Positions 14,968 through 24,591 are shown, counted from the first letter of the stretch. The stretch: 32,936 bases of DNA from a virus (IMGVR_UViG_3300009132_000002), one strand, 5' to 3'. Made by a program: numbers and translations. The notes: generated by a model from the letters alone, not told the origin.

Positions 14968-16344
14968 TTATAATTTAAAATCTTCAAATTTCTTTACATT
15001 TATTCCATTACTTGTTTTATCAAATACTGGAGTGTCATCTATTAAAGTTTGCTCGCCTTCGTGAGCATCAAATAATCTCATCTTTGATCTATCTATACCA
15101 ATAACAAACCTCTTCTTGTATGTTGGGTCATTATATCTATTCTTTAGCTGTTTGACTGCGAGTTGTCCCATTCCCTCAAGTTCTTCTGTAGAGATAAGGG
15201 CGAACATGAGGTCTGCGGTAGCGGGTAATCCAAAAGACTCGGACGTATCTTCAAGCCCAATATCCGAGTTACTAAAACCAGACCGAGTCGTCTGCGTTGC
15301 AGTAACGATCGGTAAGTCAAACTCCACCGCAAGGCCCCGTAATTCTTCAGCAATTGCTTTAATGTAATTGTATGAGTTGATTGCACCACCCATTCCTTTC
15401 ATTCTACTTGAAGAACAGATATTTAGATAATCAATATAAATGATATCAGGTTCAAATGATTTTTTTAATTTTAACTCATTTAATAAAGCACGAAAATGAC
15501 CAGCATGTGCAGATCCAGTCGGATATTCTTTAATAATAAGTTTACCATTTGTTTTAGACGAAAGACCTCTAACTCGTTCTGCAAACATCTCTTTACTAAG
15601 ATGCTCTAACTGGTCAATTGGTATATCAAGTAAGTTTGCATCTATCCGTTCTGCTATTCTTTCTTCTGCCATTTCCATAGTAAGATATAAAACATTCCTA
15701 CCCTGGTTTAGATTAGCAGCAGCACAGTGACACATAAATAGAGATTTGCCAACACCAGTACCAGCAAGACAGACATTAAGACTTTTGTTTGGAATACCTC
15801 CTTTTGTAATTTTGTTAAAGTAGTCAAGATCAAAAGGTAATCTTTCCTCGTCACGGTGGTAGAACTCAAATCGTTCTTCAAAGTTTTCAATATAGTCGTG
15901 ACCGATGTTGGGGTCGAACGAGACGCCGAGCGCTTTCGTGAGAATATCCGGTAAAGCATTTTTTGTTAAACTCTGATGTTTGCCATCAATGATGGAGATT
16001 GATTCCATAACAGCATTATATAAAGCACGATCTTGACACCATTTTTCGGTAGTATCATTTAGCCAAGTTTCATCAGACTGCTCTACTTCAAATAAACTAG
16101 GTATAATTTCAATAGCGTGTCTATACTGTTCATCATTATAATTATCAGCCTGATCAATTTCAATTTTAAATGCTTCCGCTGTTGGAAGTTTATTATACTT
16201 TGCAACAAACATTCCTGCTTGCTTAAATAGCATCTTATAGACACCTTCAAAGTAATCGGGTTTTACAAAAGGAAGAACCTTTCGCATATATTTTTCATTA
16301 GTAAGAATATTTTTAAGAACAAGTTGTTCTATATTTGTGTTCAA
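14968..16344 (-). CDS. 41: T4 gp41-like replicative DnaB-family helicase
   Basis: Walker A LAGTGVGKS, LTMEMAEE, IIKEYPT, IYIDYLNI, TATQTTRSG, SESFGLPATAD, QLKNRY. Confidence 0.97.
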   Translation of the reverse strand: MNTNIEQLVLKNILTNEKYMRKVLPFVKPDYFEGVYKMLFKQAGMFVAKYNKLPTAEAFKIEIDQADNYNDEQYRHAIEIIPSLFEVEQSDETWLNDTTEKWCQDRALYNAVMESISIIDGKHQSLTKNALPDILTKALGVSFDPNIGHDYIENFEERFEFYHRDEERLPFDLDYFNKITKGGIPNKSLNVCLAGTGVGKSLFMCHCAAANLNQGRNVLYLTMEMAEERIAERIDANLLDIPIDQLEHLSKEMFAERVRGLSSKTNGKLIIKEYPTGSAHAGHFRALLNELKLKKSFEPDIIYIDYLNICSSSRMKGMGGAINSYNYIKAIAEELRGLAVEFDLPIVTATQTTRSGFSNSDIGLEDTSESFGLPATADLMFALISTEELEGMGQLAVKQLKNRYNDPTYKKRFVIGIDRSKMRLFDAHEGEQTLIDDTPVFDKTSNGINVKKFEDFKL

Positions 16345-16345
16345 A

Positions 16346-16660
16346 TTACACCTCTTTAAAATGAATTTCTTCTTTATTTTCTATGGAAGATTCCAATATA
16401 CTTGCTAATACGTCACCGGCGAATGTTTGAAGATCCTCATCTTCTGCAGTAAGATCTGCATCGGGTGTTGTAACAACAGTAAAATCAAATGTTAGTTGCA
16501 CATCATCGTCGTTTTCTACTGATTCTCCACTAACACGAATAGATCCAAAACGAAATACTACTTCATTGTATTCGCCTTCAAGTATGCGAACATTCCACAC
16601 CTCGTCAGCTAGTTCATCTGGTACTAACTCATAATCTTTATTTTCTATATATTTTGGCAT
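16346..16660 (-). CDS. Probable gp40-like head vertex assembly chaperone
   Basis: Acidic 104-aa ORF in the conserved uvsX-40-41 position; call rests mostly on synteny. Confidence 0.55.
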   Translation of the reverse strand: MPKYIENKDYELVPDELADEVWNVRILEGEYNEVVFRFGSIRVSGESVENDDDVQLTFDFTVVTTPDADLTAEDEDLQTFAGDVLASILESSIENKEEIHFKEV

Positions 16661-17706
16661 TATTCTTCAACCACAATTTCATCCATTTCAACAAGAGACT
16701 GATGGCCAATACTATATTGTTTCTTTAGGAAATCTTTAAAATCCGTTTCAGCAAAGATCGGATCCCAAAATTCTTTTTCTAATGTTGCGTCTTGCCTAAC
16801 TTTTCCACCAATTTCTCCAGTAGATTGATCAACTCGACTATACCAACCGTTAGAAGGCTTAGTAACATAACCACCAGCAAGAGCACAGTCCAGGAGACCA
16901 CTATAAGACTTGACCCCACCTTCCCAAGACACAGTAATAGGAATTTTTGACTTTTCTTTAACATATCGTGATTTCTCCACATTAATTACAAAGTGATAGC
17001 CCTGAATTTCAGTGCCTTTTTTATCTTGTTGACGACCAATAATCCAAATATTATCTGCACTATAGTATATACCAGTTCCACCAGATACAATAGCTTTAGG
17101 AAATAAACCAATCTCTTGATATGTATGATTTACTGCAATAAGTGGAATATTCTTCATAGCAAGATATGGTGTACTCATACGGAATAGACCCTTAAGTGCT
17201 TTAGCACGAGACATATCCGCAACTGACTTTTCATTCTTAGCATCTTCTAATTCTTTCTTTGATGCTAAGTTACCAATAGAATCAATAACAACCACAACTT
17301 TATCATTACGATCTAATTCTTCTAGTTGTCCAATTAAATCAAATTTTAATTCTTCAACATTAGTAATAGGCGTATGAAGAACACGAGACGTGTCAATACC
17401 AAATTGCTTAAAATAAGTTTGTGGTGAACCAAACTCTGAATCATAGAATAGCATTACAGCATCTTGATGATGTTTCATATAAGCTGCAGCCATAAGTAAA
17501 GCAAATGAAGTTTTAAAGTGTTTAGAAGGTCCGGCAAGAACTGTGAGACCTGGGGCTAACCCACCATCTACTGAACCAGATAGTGCAACATTAATCATAG
17601 GGACATCTGTTGGAACCATATCTTTTTCATTAAAAAATTTAGACTCAGAAAGAACCGATGTGTGGGATAGTTTTGAGTTCTTTTTGAGTTTGTCCATAAT
17701 TGACAT
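16660..17706 (-). CDS. uvsX: UvsX RecA-like recombinase
   Basis: LAGPSKHFKT, FYDSEFG, IDSIGNLASKKE, ADMSRAK, SGGTGIYYSAD, KSRYVKEKS. Confidence 0.97.
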   Translation of the reverse strand: MSIMDKLKKNSKLSHTSVLSESKFFNEKDMVPTDVPMINVALSGSVDGGLAPGLTVLAGPSKHFKTSFALLMAAAYMKHHQDAVMLFYDSEFGSPQTYFKQFGIDTSRVLHTPITNVEELKFDLIGQLEELDRNDKVVVVIDSIGNLASKKELEDAKNEKSVADMSRAKALKGLFRMSTPYLAMKNIPLIAVNHTYQEIGLFPKAIVSGGTGIYYSADNIWIIGRQQDKKGTEIQGYHFVINVEKSRYVKEKSKIPITVSWEGGVKSYSGLLDCALAGGYVTKPSNGWYSRVDQSTGEIGGKVRQDATLEKEFWDPIFAETDFKDFLKKQYSIGHQSLVEMDEIVVEE

Positions 17707-17751
17707 ACAATACTCCTCTGTATAGTATTAATTTATATATTATAACTCATT

Positions 17752-17934
17752 TTATGAGAAATATAAAGTAAAAATATCATATTTTTCTAAAAAATATAAT
17801 GTAGAAAAAATTATGCATATAATAATAATTGATTTAGCAACGACTAATCCTGCAAATACAATAGCTTGAAGAAACCACTTCATTAAAAATAATAAAGCAA
17901 ACAAGCCAATTGTATATGCAAAAAGTTCAAGCAT
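17752..17934 (-). CDS. Small membrane protein
   Basis: 60 aa, two hydrophobic helices. Confidence 0.55.
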   Translation of the reverse strand: MLELFAYTIGLFALLFLMKWFLQAIVFAGLVVAKSIIIICIIFSTLYFLEKYDIFTLYFS

Positions 17935-18766
17935 AGCTTACATTTTGTTCTAACTCACGTGAGTCTTTTTCATATTCTTTTCTATATTCATTATTTGCGC
18001 GGATAACCTCGTTTAAAACAGTAAACTCTTGGTCAGAGAAAGTGTTAAACGCCGACGTGTCTTTTGGGAAACAAGCGCCACCATAACCACGCTTACCATC
18101 AAAACCTGGTGCTCTAGTATGAGATGTACCAATACGTGGATCGGTACCAATAGCATTTACTATATGACCAAAATTTCCACCAAACTTTTCTACTACATCA
18201 TAAAACTGATTAAACCATAAAACTTTGGTTGCAAGAAAACAGTTAAGACCGTACTTGACAAAGCTGGCTTCTGTAGCAGACATGTGAAAAGCTGGACACG
18301 GTTTACATAAACTATATTCTTTATAGATTTCTTCTAATCGTAGAGTGGTTTCTTTATTTCCGCCAAATACGTGCATATCTGGATTTATAAAATCGGAATT
18401 AGCATTAACTTCCGTTAGAAATTCTGGATTGTAAACAACTCTTGAACTTGTGCCGGCACCTTTAGTGAGAGATTTGATAATATCAGGTGTTACTGTGGAT
18501 TTAATTACTATAATACCACTACGTCGTTGTTTAAGTTTTTTTACAGTTTCCACCACAATAGATGAATCAATCTCGCCATTTTTACCCATAGGAGTTGGAA
18601 CAGCCACAAAAGAAACATCTACATCTAGTGATTTAATACTATCGACACTATTTCCATATTTAGGATCAATAATAACTTTAGTACAATTATAATCATTAAA
18701 CCCGTGATCAATAGCTTTACCAACAAAACCATGACCAACAATTGCTATTTTTAATTTAGAACCCAT
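17927..18766 (-). CDS. UDP-glucose/GDP-mannose dehydrogenase family (lacks C-terminal domain)
   Basis: GHGFVG Rossmann motif, VAVPTP, IKSTV, YNPEFLTE, catalytic GYGGACFPKD; start moved to ATG 18766. Confidence 0.9.
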   Translation of the reverse strand: MGSKLKIAIVGHGFVGKAIDHGFNDYNCTKVIIDPKYGNSVDSIKSLDVDVSFVAVPTPMGKNGEIDSSIVVETVKKLKQRRSGIIVIKSTVTPDIIKSLTKGAGTSSRVVYNPEFLTEVNANSDFINPDMHVFGGNKETTLRLEEIYKEYSLCKPCPAFHMSATEASFVKYGLNCFLATKVLWFNQFYDVVEKFGGNFGHIVNAIGTDPRIGTSHTRAPGFDGKRGYGGACFPKDTSAFNTFSDQEFTVLNEVIRANNEYRKEYEKDSRELEQNVSYA

Positions 18767-18848
18767 CGGGATATACTTCCTTATAATATTTACTGATAAG
18801 AGGCTCGCCATTATTTACAAGCCTATTAATTAATTCTTCTACTGATAT

Positions 18849-18877
18849 ATTATAATATAATGCAACAGTTTTGTAAA
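18849..18877 (-). promoter_or_regulatory. Sigma70/early-type promoter
   Basis: TTTACA-17 nt-TATAAT. Confidence 0.7.
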
Positions 18878-18880
18878 GCA

Positions 18881-19837
18881 TTAGTTTACTCCATAATATA
18901 GTTTATACCAAGAAATAAATTTTTCGACACCTTCAGCAATTGAAACTGTAGGTTTATAACCGAGTTTTTGTAGTTTAGTTGTATCAGACCAAGTAGCTTG
19001 AGTATCGGCTGGGTGTTTTGGTACAAGTTTACGTTTAGCTTTACGATCAAGATTAGTTTCAATATGATCAACAAAGTCAACTAATTGGACTTGTTCTCCA
19101 TAACCAATATTATATATCTCATTAAATTCTTCAGTTTCAGATAAAGATTGATTTAAAACAATAACGATACCATTTACAATATCATCAACATATGTAAAGT
19201 CACGAATCATATCGCCATAGTTAAATAATTCAATTTCTTTACCTGCAACAATATTTTTGGTAAAATCAAAGAGTGCCATATCAGGGCGACCCCATGGACC
19301 ATAAACAGTAAAGAAGCGGAGCCCAACTGTTCTAATGATTGAACTAGACATAAACTGTGCTTCATTAGTAAATTTAGTGTAGCCGTACGGATTTAATTGA
19401 TAACCACATTTCTCATCTTCTTTCCATGGTAATTCATTACCAGCCATAGTACATGATGTTGATGCATATATTACGTTTTTAATATTAGCTTCTGTACAAG
19501 CTTCGATTAAATTTTGAGTACCAGTTATATTATTATCAATATATGTTTGTGGTTCTTTTAACGAGTGTCGTACACCTGCATATGCAGCTAGATGAATAAC
19601 AGCATCGGGTTTATTAGCTCCAAAGAAAAGCCTTAACATTGCTTTTTCTTTTAAATCAAGTCGAGTTACTTCAACACCAAGATTCTTTAAATTATTTGCT
19701 CTATCTTCTTTTAAAGAAACATCGTAATAATCATTAAAGTTATCAAAGGCTGACACAGTATGACCTTCATCTATTAACTTTTGAATAAGATGGTAAGCAA
19801 TAAAACCAGCGCCGCCAGTTACGGTTATATGTGACAT
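18881..19837 (-). CDS. NAD-dependent epimerase, UDP-glucuronate 4-epimerase (WcaG/CapI)-like
   Basis: TGGAGFIA, HLAAYAGVRHS, YGYTK, LRFFTVYGPWGRPDMA, RDFTYVDDIV; start moved to ATG 19837. Confidence 0.9.
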   Translation of the reverse strand: MSHITVTGGAGFIAYHLIQKLIDEGHTVSAFDNFNDYYDVSLKEDRANNLKNLGVEVTRLDLKEKAMLRLFFGANKPDAVIHLAAYAGVRHSLKEPQTYIDNNITGTQNLIEACTEANIKNVIYASTSCTMAGNELPWKEDEKCGYQLNPYGYTKFTNEAQFMSSSIIRTVGLRFFTVYGPWGRPDMALFDFTKNIVAGKEIELFNYGDMIRDFTYVDDIVNGIVIVLNQSLSETEEFNEIYNIGYGEQVQLVDFVDHIETNLDRKAKRKLVPKHPADTQATWSDTTKLQKLGYKPTVSIAEGVEKFISWYKLYYGVN

Positions 19838-19858
19838 ATTTTTCTCCTTTATACCTCT

Positions 19859-19887
19859 ATTATACACTATTATGATAACAATGTAAA
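19859..19887 (-). promoter_or_regulatory. Sigma70/early-type promoter
   Basis: TTTACA-17 nt-TATAAT. Confidence 0.7.
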
Positions 19888-20751
19888 CTAAAAAAATTCA
19901 GATAGATCATTACCATTAAAATCTATATCTGAGCCTTTGGGCATTTGAGGATATTTATCCCACACCCGAGACGGCGCTACATGCCATCTTTCATTTTTCT
20001 TTACTAATTTAAAAGCTCCAGGCCAGTATTCTTGCAATTTACGGGACCTATTTAATCTACCTTCACCGGAATGAACAGTATCAGTATTACCACCTTTATA
20101 TTGTCCTGTAGCAGCCTTATTCATTATAAGAGTATTAAATAAAATAGTACAGTAACCTTTATTCAATACTTGTAAACTATAATCGGTATCTTCAATACAA
20201 TCTTCACGATATTTTATATCCAAAGAATTATTTACTAAAACACAACTATATGCTTGTTTATTAATTGCTATATGAGTATCTTTAGTAAAAGCAAACATTA
20301 TGTGACTTAAAGAACAGATTCCAATATTATCAAAATATGATATATAATTTTCTGCTGCTGAAAATATACTTCTTGTGTTTTTTACAACATTCTTTCCGTT
20401 TTCTCTAATACGAAAATCTTTAATATTATCATCTACTTGCCAATGGTAATCAGCGCCTATAGAAATAGAATGGTCTTTACAGGCATTTCTAACATAGCCA
20501 ATTCCTTGGTCATTTTTTTCCATAACTACAATCTTATCCTCAGGATATTCTTTATAGTAATCAGCTGCATCTTGTGGTTCTACCACAACATAGAAATGCA
20601 GATTAACGTCGTCTAAGGCCTTAGTAGTAAGTTTTATTTTACTACGAGCCTTAGACGGAACATAAATTGGATACTTGACTTCTTTCTGAGAATCAAGATT
20701 ATCAATTATTTCTTGTGCTTTGTTTTCTAGCCATTCATTTGTTTTAGGCAT
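19888..20751 (-). CDS. TAGT/GREB1-like (GT-A fold) putative DNA-base glycosyltransferase, copy 2
   Basis: YPIYVPSKAR, GIGYVRN, WQVDDNI (DxD-like), EDTDYSLQVL, KGGNT; ends DLSEFF. Confidence 0.75.
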   Translation of the reverse strand: MPKTNEWLENKAQEIIDNLDSQKEVKYPIYVPSKARSKIKLTTKALDDVNLHFYVVVEPQDAADYYKEYPEDKIVVMEKNDQGIGYVRNACKDHSISIGADYHWQVDDNIKDFRIRENGKNVVKNTRSIFSAAENYISYFDNIGICSLSHIMFAFTKDTHIAINKQAYSCVLVNNSLDIKYREDCIEDTDYSLQVLNKGYCTILFNTLIMNKAATGQYKGGNTDTVHSGEGRLNRSRKLQEYWPGAFKLVKKNERWHVAPSRVWDKYPQMPKGSDIDFNGNDLSEFF

Positions 20752-20775
20752 TTTTATATACTACTTTAGCCATGA

Positions 20776-21285
20776 TTAAATCTTACACCTAACAAAAATC
20801 AGATTTTCACCTTGCTCTTCCGCTTCTGCTGTTAAAAGAGTTTCTACTTCATTATTTTGTGCAAGTTGAAGAACTTTTGTTTCATTAGTAATAGGGCAAA
20901 AATATTCTGTAGTTATACGTGGAACTGAAAATCCATAAACATGAATCTTAGTATTAAAATCAAATTCTTGTTTCATGCCCGTAATAATTTTACGGTTTGT
21001 TCTTTCATTCTTAGGATCATTTCCGTATTGTTTAAGGCGACCTTTCCATCCATTTGATGATCCAGCTTTACCAATTTTTAATAATTGATCATTTACATAC
21101 ATTCCATATACAATGTCACCCATTGCTTTAAAATCACGAGGTTCAAGTCCTTCGGCATTAGTGAACACTAATCTATTATAAGTGCGTGAAGGGTTATTAT
21201 TGGTTAAATTTGTTGTATGTTCATGGATTGTAAAATATCCAAGATAAACACCGAATTTTTTGATATTTGTAGAAACATTAGTCAT
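20776..21285 (-). CDS. GIY-YIG nuclease, T4 endonuclease II (DenA)-like
   Basis: IVYGMYVNDQLLKIGKA...KGRLKQY resembles T4 EndoII VIYAIAINDELVYIGKT...RKRINYY; start moved to ATG 21285 behind AAGGA. Confidence 0.6.
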   Translation of the reverse strand: MTNVSTNIKKFGVYLGYFTIHEHTTNLTNNNPSRTYNRLVFTNAEGLEPRDFKAMGDIVYGMYVNDQLLKIGKAGSSNGWKGRLKQYGNDPKNERTNRKIITGMKQEFDFNTKIHVYGFSVPRITTEYFCPITNETKVLQLAQNNEVETLLTAEAEEQGENLIFVRCKI

Positions 21286-21349
21286 TTTGAATTCCTTCAG
21301 ATTCTTTTCATAAGATAAACATAACACATTTTTAAGAGCTTGTAAACCC

Positions 21350-21610
21350 TTAAATTGCATATTGTCTATGATCTTTGATATACCACTTCTGTGTTACAGG
21401 CAAGCCATATTCATCTTCGTCAATACAAATTACAACCACGGTCTTTTTGACATTGCCGTAGCGGTAACCATCGCATACCCAGATTTTGTGTGGAAAGTCT
21501 TCATTAAAAGAAGTAATCGGATCATCGTTAACAGAATACTCAAAATAATTACCTACCTCTTTTTCAACAAAAACACCGATAGGGTTAGATGTGTGAGTCC
21601 AGTGTGCCAT
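21350..21610 (-). CDS. Conserved hypothetical phage protein
   Basis: 86 aa, GGAG RBS, directly behind early promoter copy B. Confidence 0.75.
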   Translation of the reverse strand: MAHWTHTSNPIGVFVEKEVGNYFEYSVNDDPITSFNEDFPHKIWVCDGYRYGNVKKTVVVICIDEDEYGLPVTQKWYIKDHRQYAI

Positions 21611-21639
21611 AAGAAGTCTCCGATTCTATTTACTCTTAC

Positions 21640-21681
21640 AATATAACATAAAACAAATAGCTTGTAAACCCCTAAAATGAA
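21640..21681 (-). promoter_or_regulatory. Early promoter with conserved 16-bp upstream element (copy B)
   Basis: CATTTTAGGGGTTTACA-17 nt-TATATT. Confidence 0.8.
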
Positions 21682-21686
21682 CTTTT

Positions 21687-22625
21687 TTAAATATTTCTGT
21701 ATGCATATTCTATAGCACGATCAGCTTCTACATTAAGAGGTCTATTCTCATATCTCTTAGCTGTATCAGCATCTAGTTGCTTGATTAGTTCTACAATCTC
21801 AAACGTATTTATAGGATATTGTCTCTTAATTGCACTACTTGCTATTGAAACCATAATCTTATAAACCATAGCATATCTTCCAGTATTATCAACATATGCT
21901 ATATTCTTAAAATCTCTGATAAGATTTTTATTCACGAATGGACAATCTTCATAGTTAGTCCAACTAACACCAGTATTCTCCATTTTATTCTTACGATATT
22001 CTATGATAGATTTTTGCATCTCTGTTGGTAATCTATCTAAGAACGTACCAGTCTTTTTTTCCTGATATGAATGACTCGCCATTAACTCTTGAGGATTTAT
22101 ATAACTACCGCCAGTATTAGTAAAAATAAAGTTGAAAGCGCCAGAGTACGAACCAGGGATATAATACATTCGTGATAGATCCTTAGTTTGCGCATCGCCA
22201 ATTGCTTGGAGTTCTGTGTTGAGTGCGTACCAAAAATGTCTGATATTATCTCCTCTAACTCTCTCTGTAAGTGGGAAGACCAAACGAAACTTTGGTAAAC
22301 TTTCTCTGCTGCTAGCAGTACTATAGCAAACAAAATAGTACTTACCATAGATACTAATAAGATCATCTTTTAAATCTCCTTTAAACTCATGGTCATCTAC
22401 ATCCATAGCTGCCCATCCTGCCCAGTCAACTACATTTTTATTTGCTCTTGTAGTATCTTCAATATAAGTTGCTGGCGATATAAGCTGAGCAGCTTTTTTA
22501 TCTTTAAGTTTTCTCTTAGACAATTTATATAGAAATTCTTCAAACTGAGGAAAGCCAGAAAAACTCATTTTCTTATGAGTTTTATTATCATATATAGATT
22601 TAAAGAATGTTGCAGAAACTTCCAT
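21687..22625 (-). CDS. AEP-superfamily primase/primase-polymerase-like protein
   Basis: ISPATY, AMDVDD (motif I), YSTAS...PKFRLVFPL, DLSRMYYIP; helical C-terminal domain. Confidence 0.7.
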   Translation of the reverse strand: MEVSATFFKSIYDNKTHKKMSFSGFPQFEEFLYKLSKRKLKDKKAAQLISPATYIEDTTRANKNVVDWAGWAAMDVDDHEFKGDLKDDLISIYGKYYFVCYSTASSRESLPKFRLVFPLTERVRGDNIRHFWYALNTELQAIGDAQTKDLSRMYYIPGSYSGAFNFIFTNTGGSYINPQELMASHSYQEKKTGTFLDRLPTEMQKSIIEYRKNKMENTGVSWTNYEDCPFVNKNLIRDFKNIAYVDNTGRYAMVYKIMVSIASSAIKRQYPINTFEIVELIKQLDADTAKRYENRPLNVEADRAIEYAYRNI

Positions 22626-22627
22626 AA

Positions 22628-22909
22628 TTAACTCGGTATCTGATCTTCATCCATCCATCGTAAAAGATTAGCTTCATTAAAATCAACTGCTGGATAAAAT
22701 GTACCACGTGATTTTCTAGTAAGATTAGGCTGACCAATCTTTTGTGCAAATTCTTTTAAATCTTGTTCTGTTCTAAATCGAATTACAATAGCAGCGTAAT
22801 CTTCACGATTTTCTTGTTCAAATTCTGGCATATCATCCCAACCCATTGCGTCGAGATCGTCTTCTTGTCCATCTAATACAAATAAGTTAGCGCCTTTAGG
22901 TTTGCTCAT
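22628..22909 (-). CDS. Small acidic protein coupled to the glycosyltransferase gene
   Basis: WDDMPEFEQE...IVIRFRTEQDLKEFAQKIGQ; overlaps the upstream GT stop; start ATG 22909. Confidence 0.7.
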   Translation of the reverse strand: MSKPKGANLFVLDGQEDDLDAMGWDDMPEFEQENREDYAAIVIRFRTEQDLKEFAQKIGQPNLTRKSRGTFYPAVDFNEANLLRWMDEDQIPS

Positions 22910-23831
22910 AATAAGGGTTCTCCGCATTTCCAAATTCTGTTGTTGCTTTTTTATATTGATCCATAGTTAATGCATGTAATTTCATACCATATTCATTAGT
23001 ACCGCCTTTAATTACATAGTCATCACGATAAATAAGTTTATTCTTTTTAAATGGGCTATAATCAACATGATGATGCCATCTATTATATCTTTGAACAACT
23101 TTAACCAAGTCTGGATGTTGTTCTACAAGTGCTTGTGCAAATTGTAAACGATTATCTCCATCCACATACACGTTATCTGTATTACCACCACCCATAACAA
23201 GAGTTGTAATTTTACCACATAAGAATGCATTAAATAGAATTGTGCACCAGTCATCTTTTAGAATATTTAAACTTAGATCAGTGTCTTCATTATATTTACC
23301 GCGCCATCTGTGTTTAATATCATTAGATAACAAAATACAGGAATAAATCCTAGTATTAAGTGTGTATGGCTTTTTCTTCTGAGAAGCTGGAGCAAAATAC
23401 TGATAGTTCATACCAGACATTTTAACATTTTTATAGCGATCTGTAAAGTCTTCACATAATCTAATTATTGTACCAGACGTCACTTTAGTTTTTCGGTTTT
23501 TATGCAATCTATAAAAGTGTTTAATATTATCATCCATAATCCAATGACGTTCGTGTCCTTCTTTTATAGAATGTTCCCAGACAAAGTTACGTGCTGGAAT
23601 AGAACCACCAATTCTACCTTTATTATCAGGGATTGCATACTTTGGGTTTTCTCTAAACCCAGGCGGTAGAGTTAGAATCTTATCGGCTGAAATGCCTTTA
23701 TTATAATCATCAAACTCGCTTTCTTCAATAACAATTTTATATGGTACTCTAATCTCATCAAGAGTTTTAGAGGTAAGCCGTGAATCGGCTCTACCCTTAG
23801 AGATAATATAAATTGGATATTTTGGTTGCAT
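22896..23831 (-). CDS. TAGT/GREB1-like putative DNA-base glycosyltransferase, copy 1
   Basis: YPIYIISKGR, GSIPARN, WIMDDNI, NTRIYSCIL, NEDTDLSL, GGGNTD; clear paralog of 19888..20751. Confidence 0.78.
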   Translation of the reverse strand: MQPKYPIYIISKGRADSRLTSKTLDEIRVPYKIVIEESEFDDYNKGISADKILTLPPGFRENPKYAIPDNKGRIGGSIPARNFVWEHSIKEGHERHWIMDDNIKHFYRLHKNRKTKVTSGTIIRLCEDFTDRYKNVKMSGMNYQYFAPASQKKKPYTLNTRIYSCILLSNDIKHRWRGKYNEDTDLSLNILKDDWCTILFNAFLCGKITTLVMGGGNTDNVYVDGDNRLQFAQALVEQHPDLVKVVQRYNRWHHHVDYSPFKKNKLIYRDDYVIKGGTNEYGMKLHALTMDQYKKATTEFGNAENPYYEQT

Positions 23832-24124
23832 TAATTATCACCTTCTTTTACAAAGACACCATCTACCATCTTACCTCTACGATCCTTAATATCGTTATAG
23901 GCTACTTCAAGACATTCTTCAAGACTGATATTATTTCTTTCCATGATATTAATAAGAACAACCATAATATCTCCGCAGTCATCTCTAATATCTTTACCCT
24001 TACAAATATTATCTGATAGTTCACCCATTTCTTGAATGAGTTTCATATACTGATCTTTATCTGTAGAACCTTCAATAAGATTTCTATCGTAGTGCCACTG
24101 AATAATTTTTTCTTCATAAATCAT
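23831..24124 (-). CDS. MazG-like nucleotide pyrophosphohydrolase
   Basis: KLIQEMGEL...DDCGDIMVVL, EVAYNDIKDRRG; start ATG 24124, since the track start lies inside the promoter. Confidence 0.85.
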   Translation of the reverse strand: MIYEEKIIQWHYDRNLIEGSTDKDQYMKLIQEMGELSDNICKGKDIRDDCGDIMVVLINIMERNNISLEECLEVAYNDIKDRRGKMVDGVFVKEGDN

Positions 24125-24130
24125 TTTTAT

Positions 24131-24159
24131 ATTATATCCTATTTTGATCAATTTGTAAA
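24131..24159 (-). promoter_or_regulatory. Sigma70/early-type promoter
   Basis: TTTACA-17 nt-TATAAT. Confidence 0.7.
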
Positions 24160-24162
24160 GTA

Positions 24163-24591
24163 TTATTTATGATTGTCACAAACACGACTTCTTAGACCAC
24201 TTGAACTAAATCTATGATCACGCTTATTAAAATATAGATCAATACCTCTATTACGGCATTCGTCCTTACCAGTAAAATTTTGTGTTCTATATTCTTCACC
24301 TAGTATTCTAACATTAATTGGATACATATTAATTATATCAAGCAGATCTGCCTCCGTACAATAAACAATAACTTCATCAACGTATTTTACTGCTTCAAGC
24401 TGTGCTTGTCTTTCGACAATAGTTTGAATAGGAGAATTTTTTTCTTTTCTATCATAACTAGGATCTACTTGTAAAGCAGCAATAAGCCAATCACACTGTG
24501 ACTTAGCTTCTCTTAACATCATCACATGACCAGCATGTAATAAATCAAATGTACTAGCTGTTAAACCTACCTTCATTTCCATGGCCCCCAA
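24163..24591 (-). CDS. Cytidylyltransferase (glycerol-3-phosphate CTase/TagD-like)
   Basis: TFDLLHAGH (HxGH), VKYVDEVI, GEEY, RFSSSGLR. Confidence 0.88.
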   Translation of the reverse strand: MGAMEMKVGLTASTFDLLHAGHVMMLREAKSQCDWLIAALQVDPSYDRKEKNSPIQTIVERQAQLEAVKYVDEVIVYCTEADLLDIINMYPINVRILGEEYRTQNFTGKDECRNRGIDLYFNKRDHRFSSSGLRSRVCDNHK

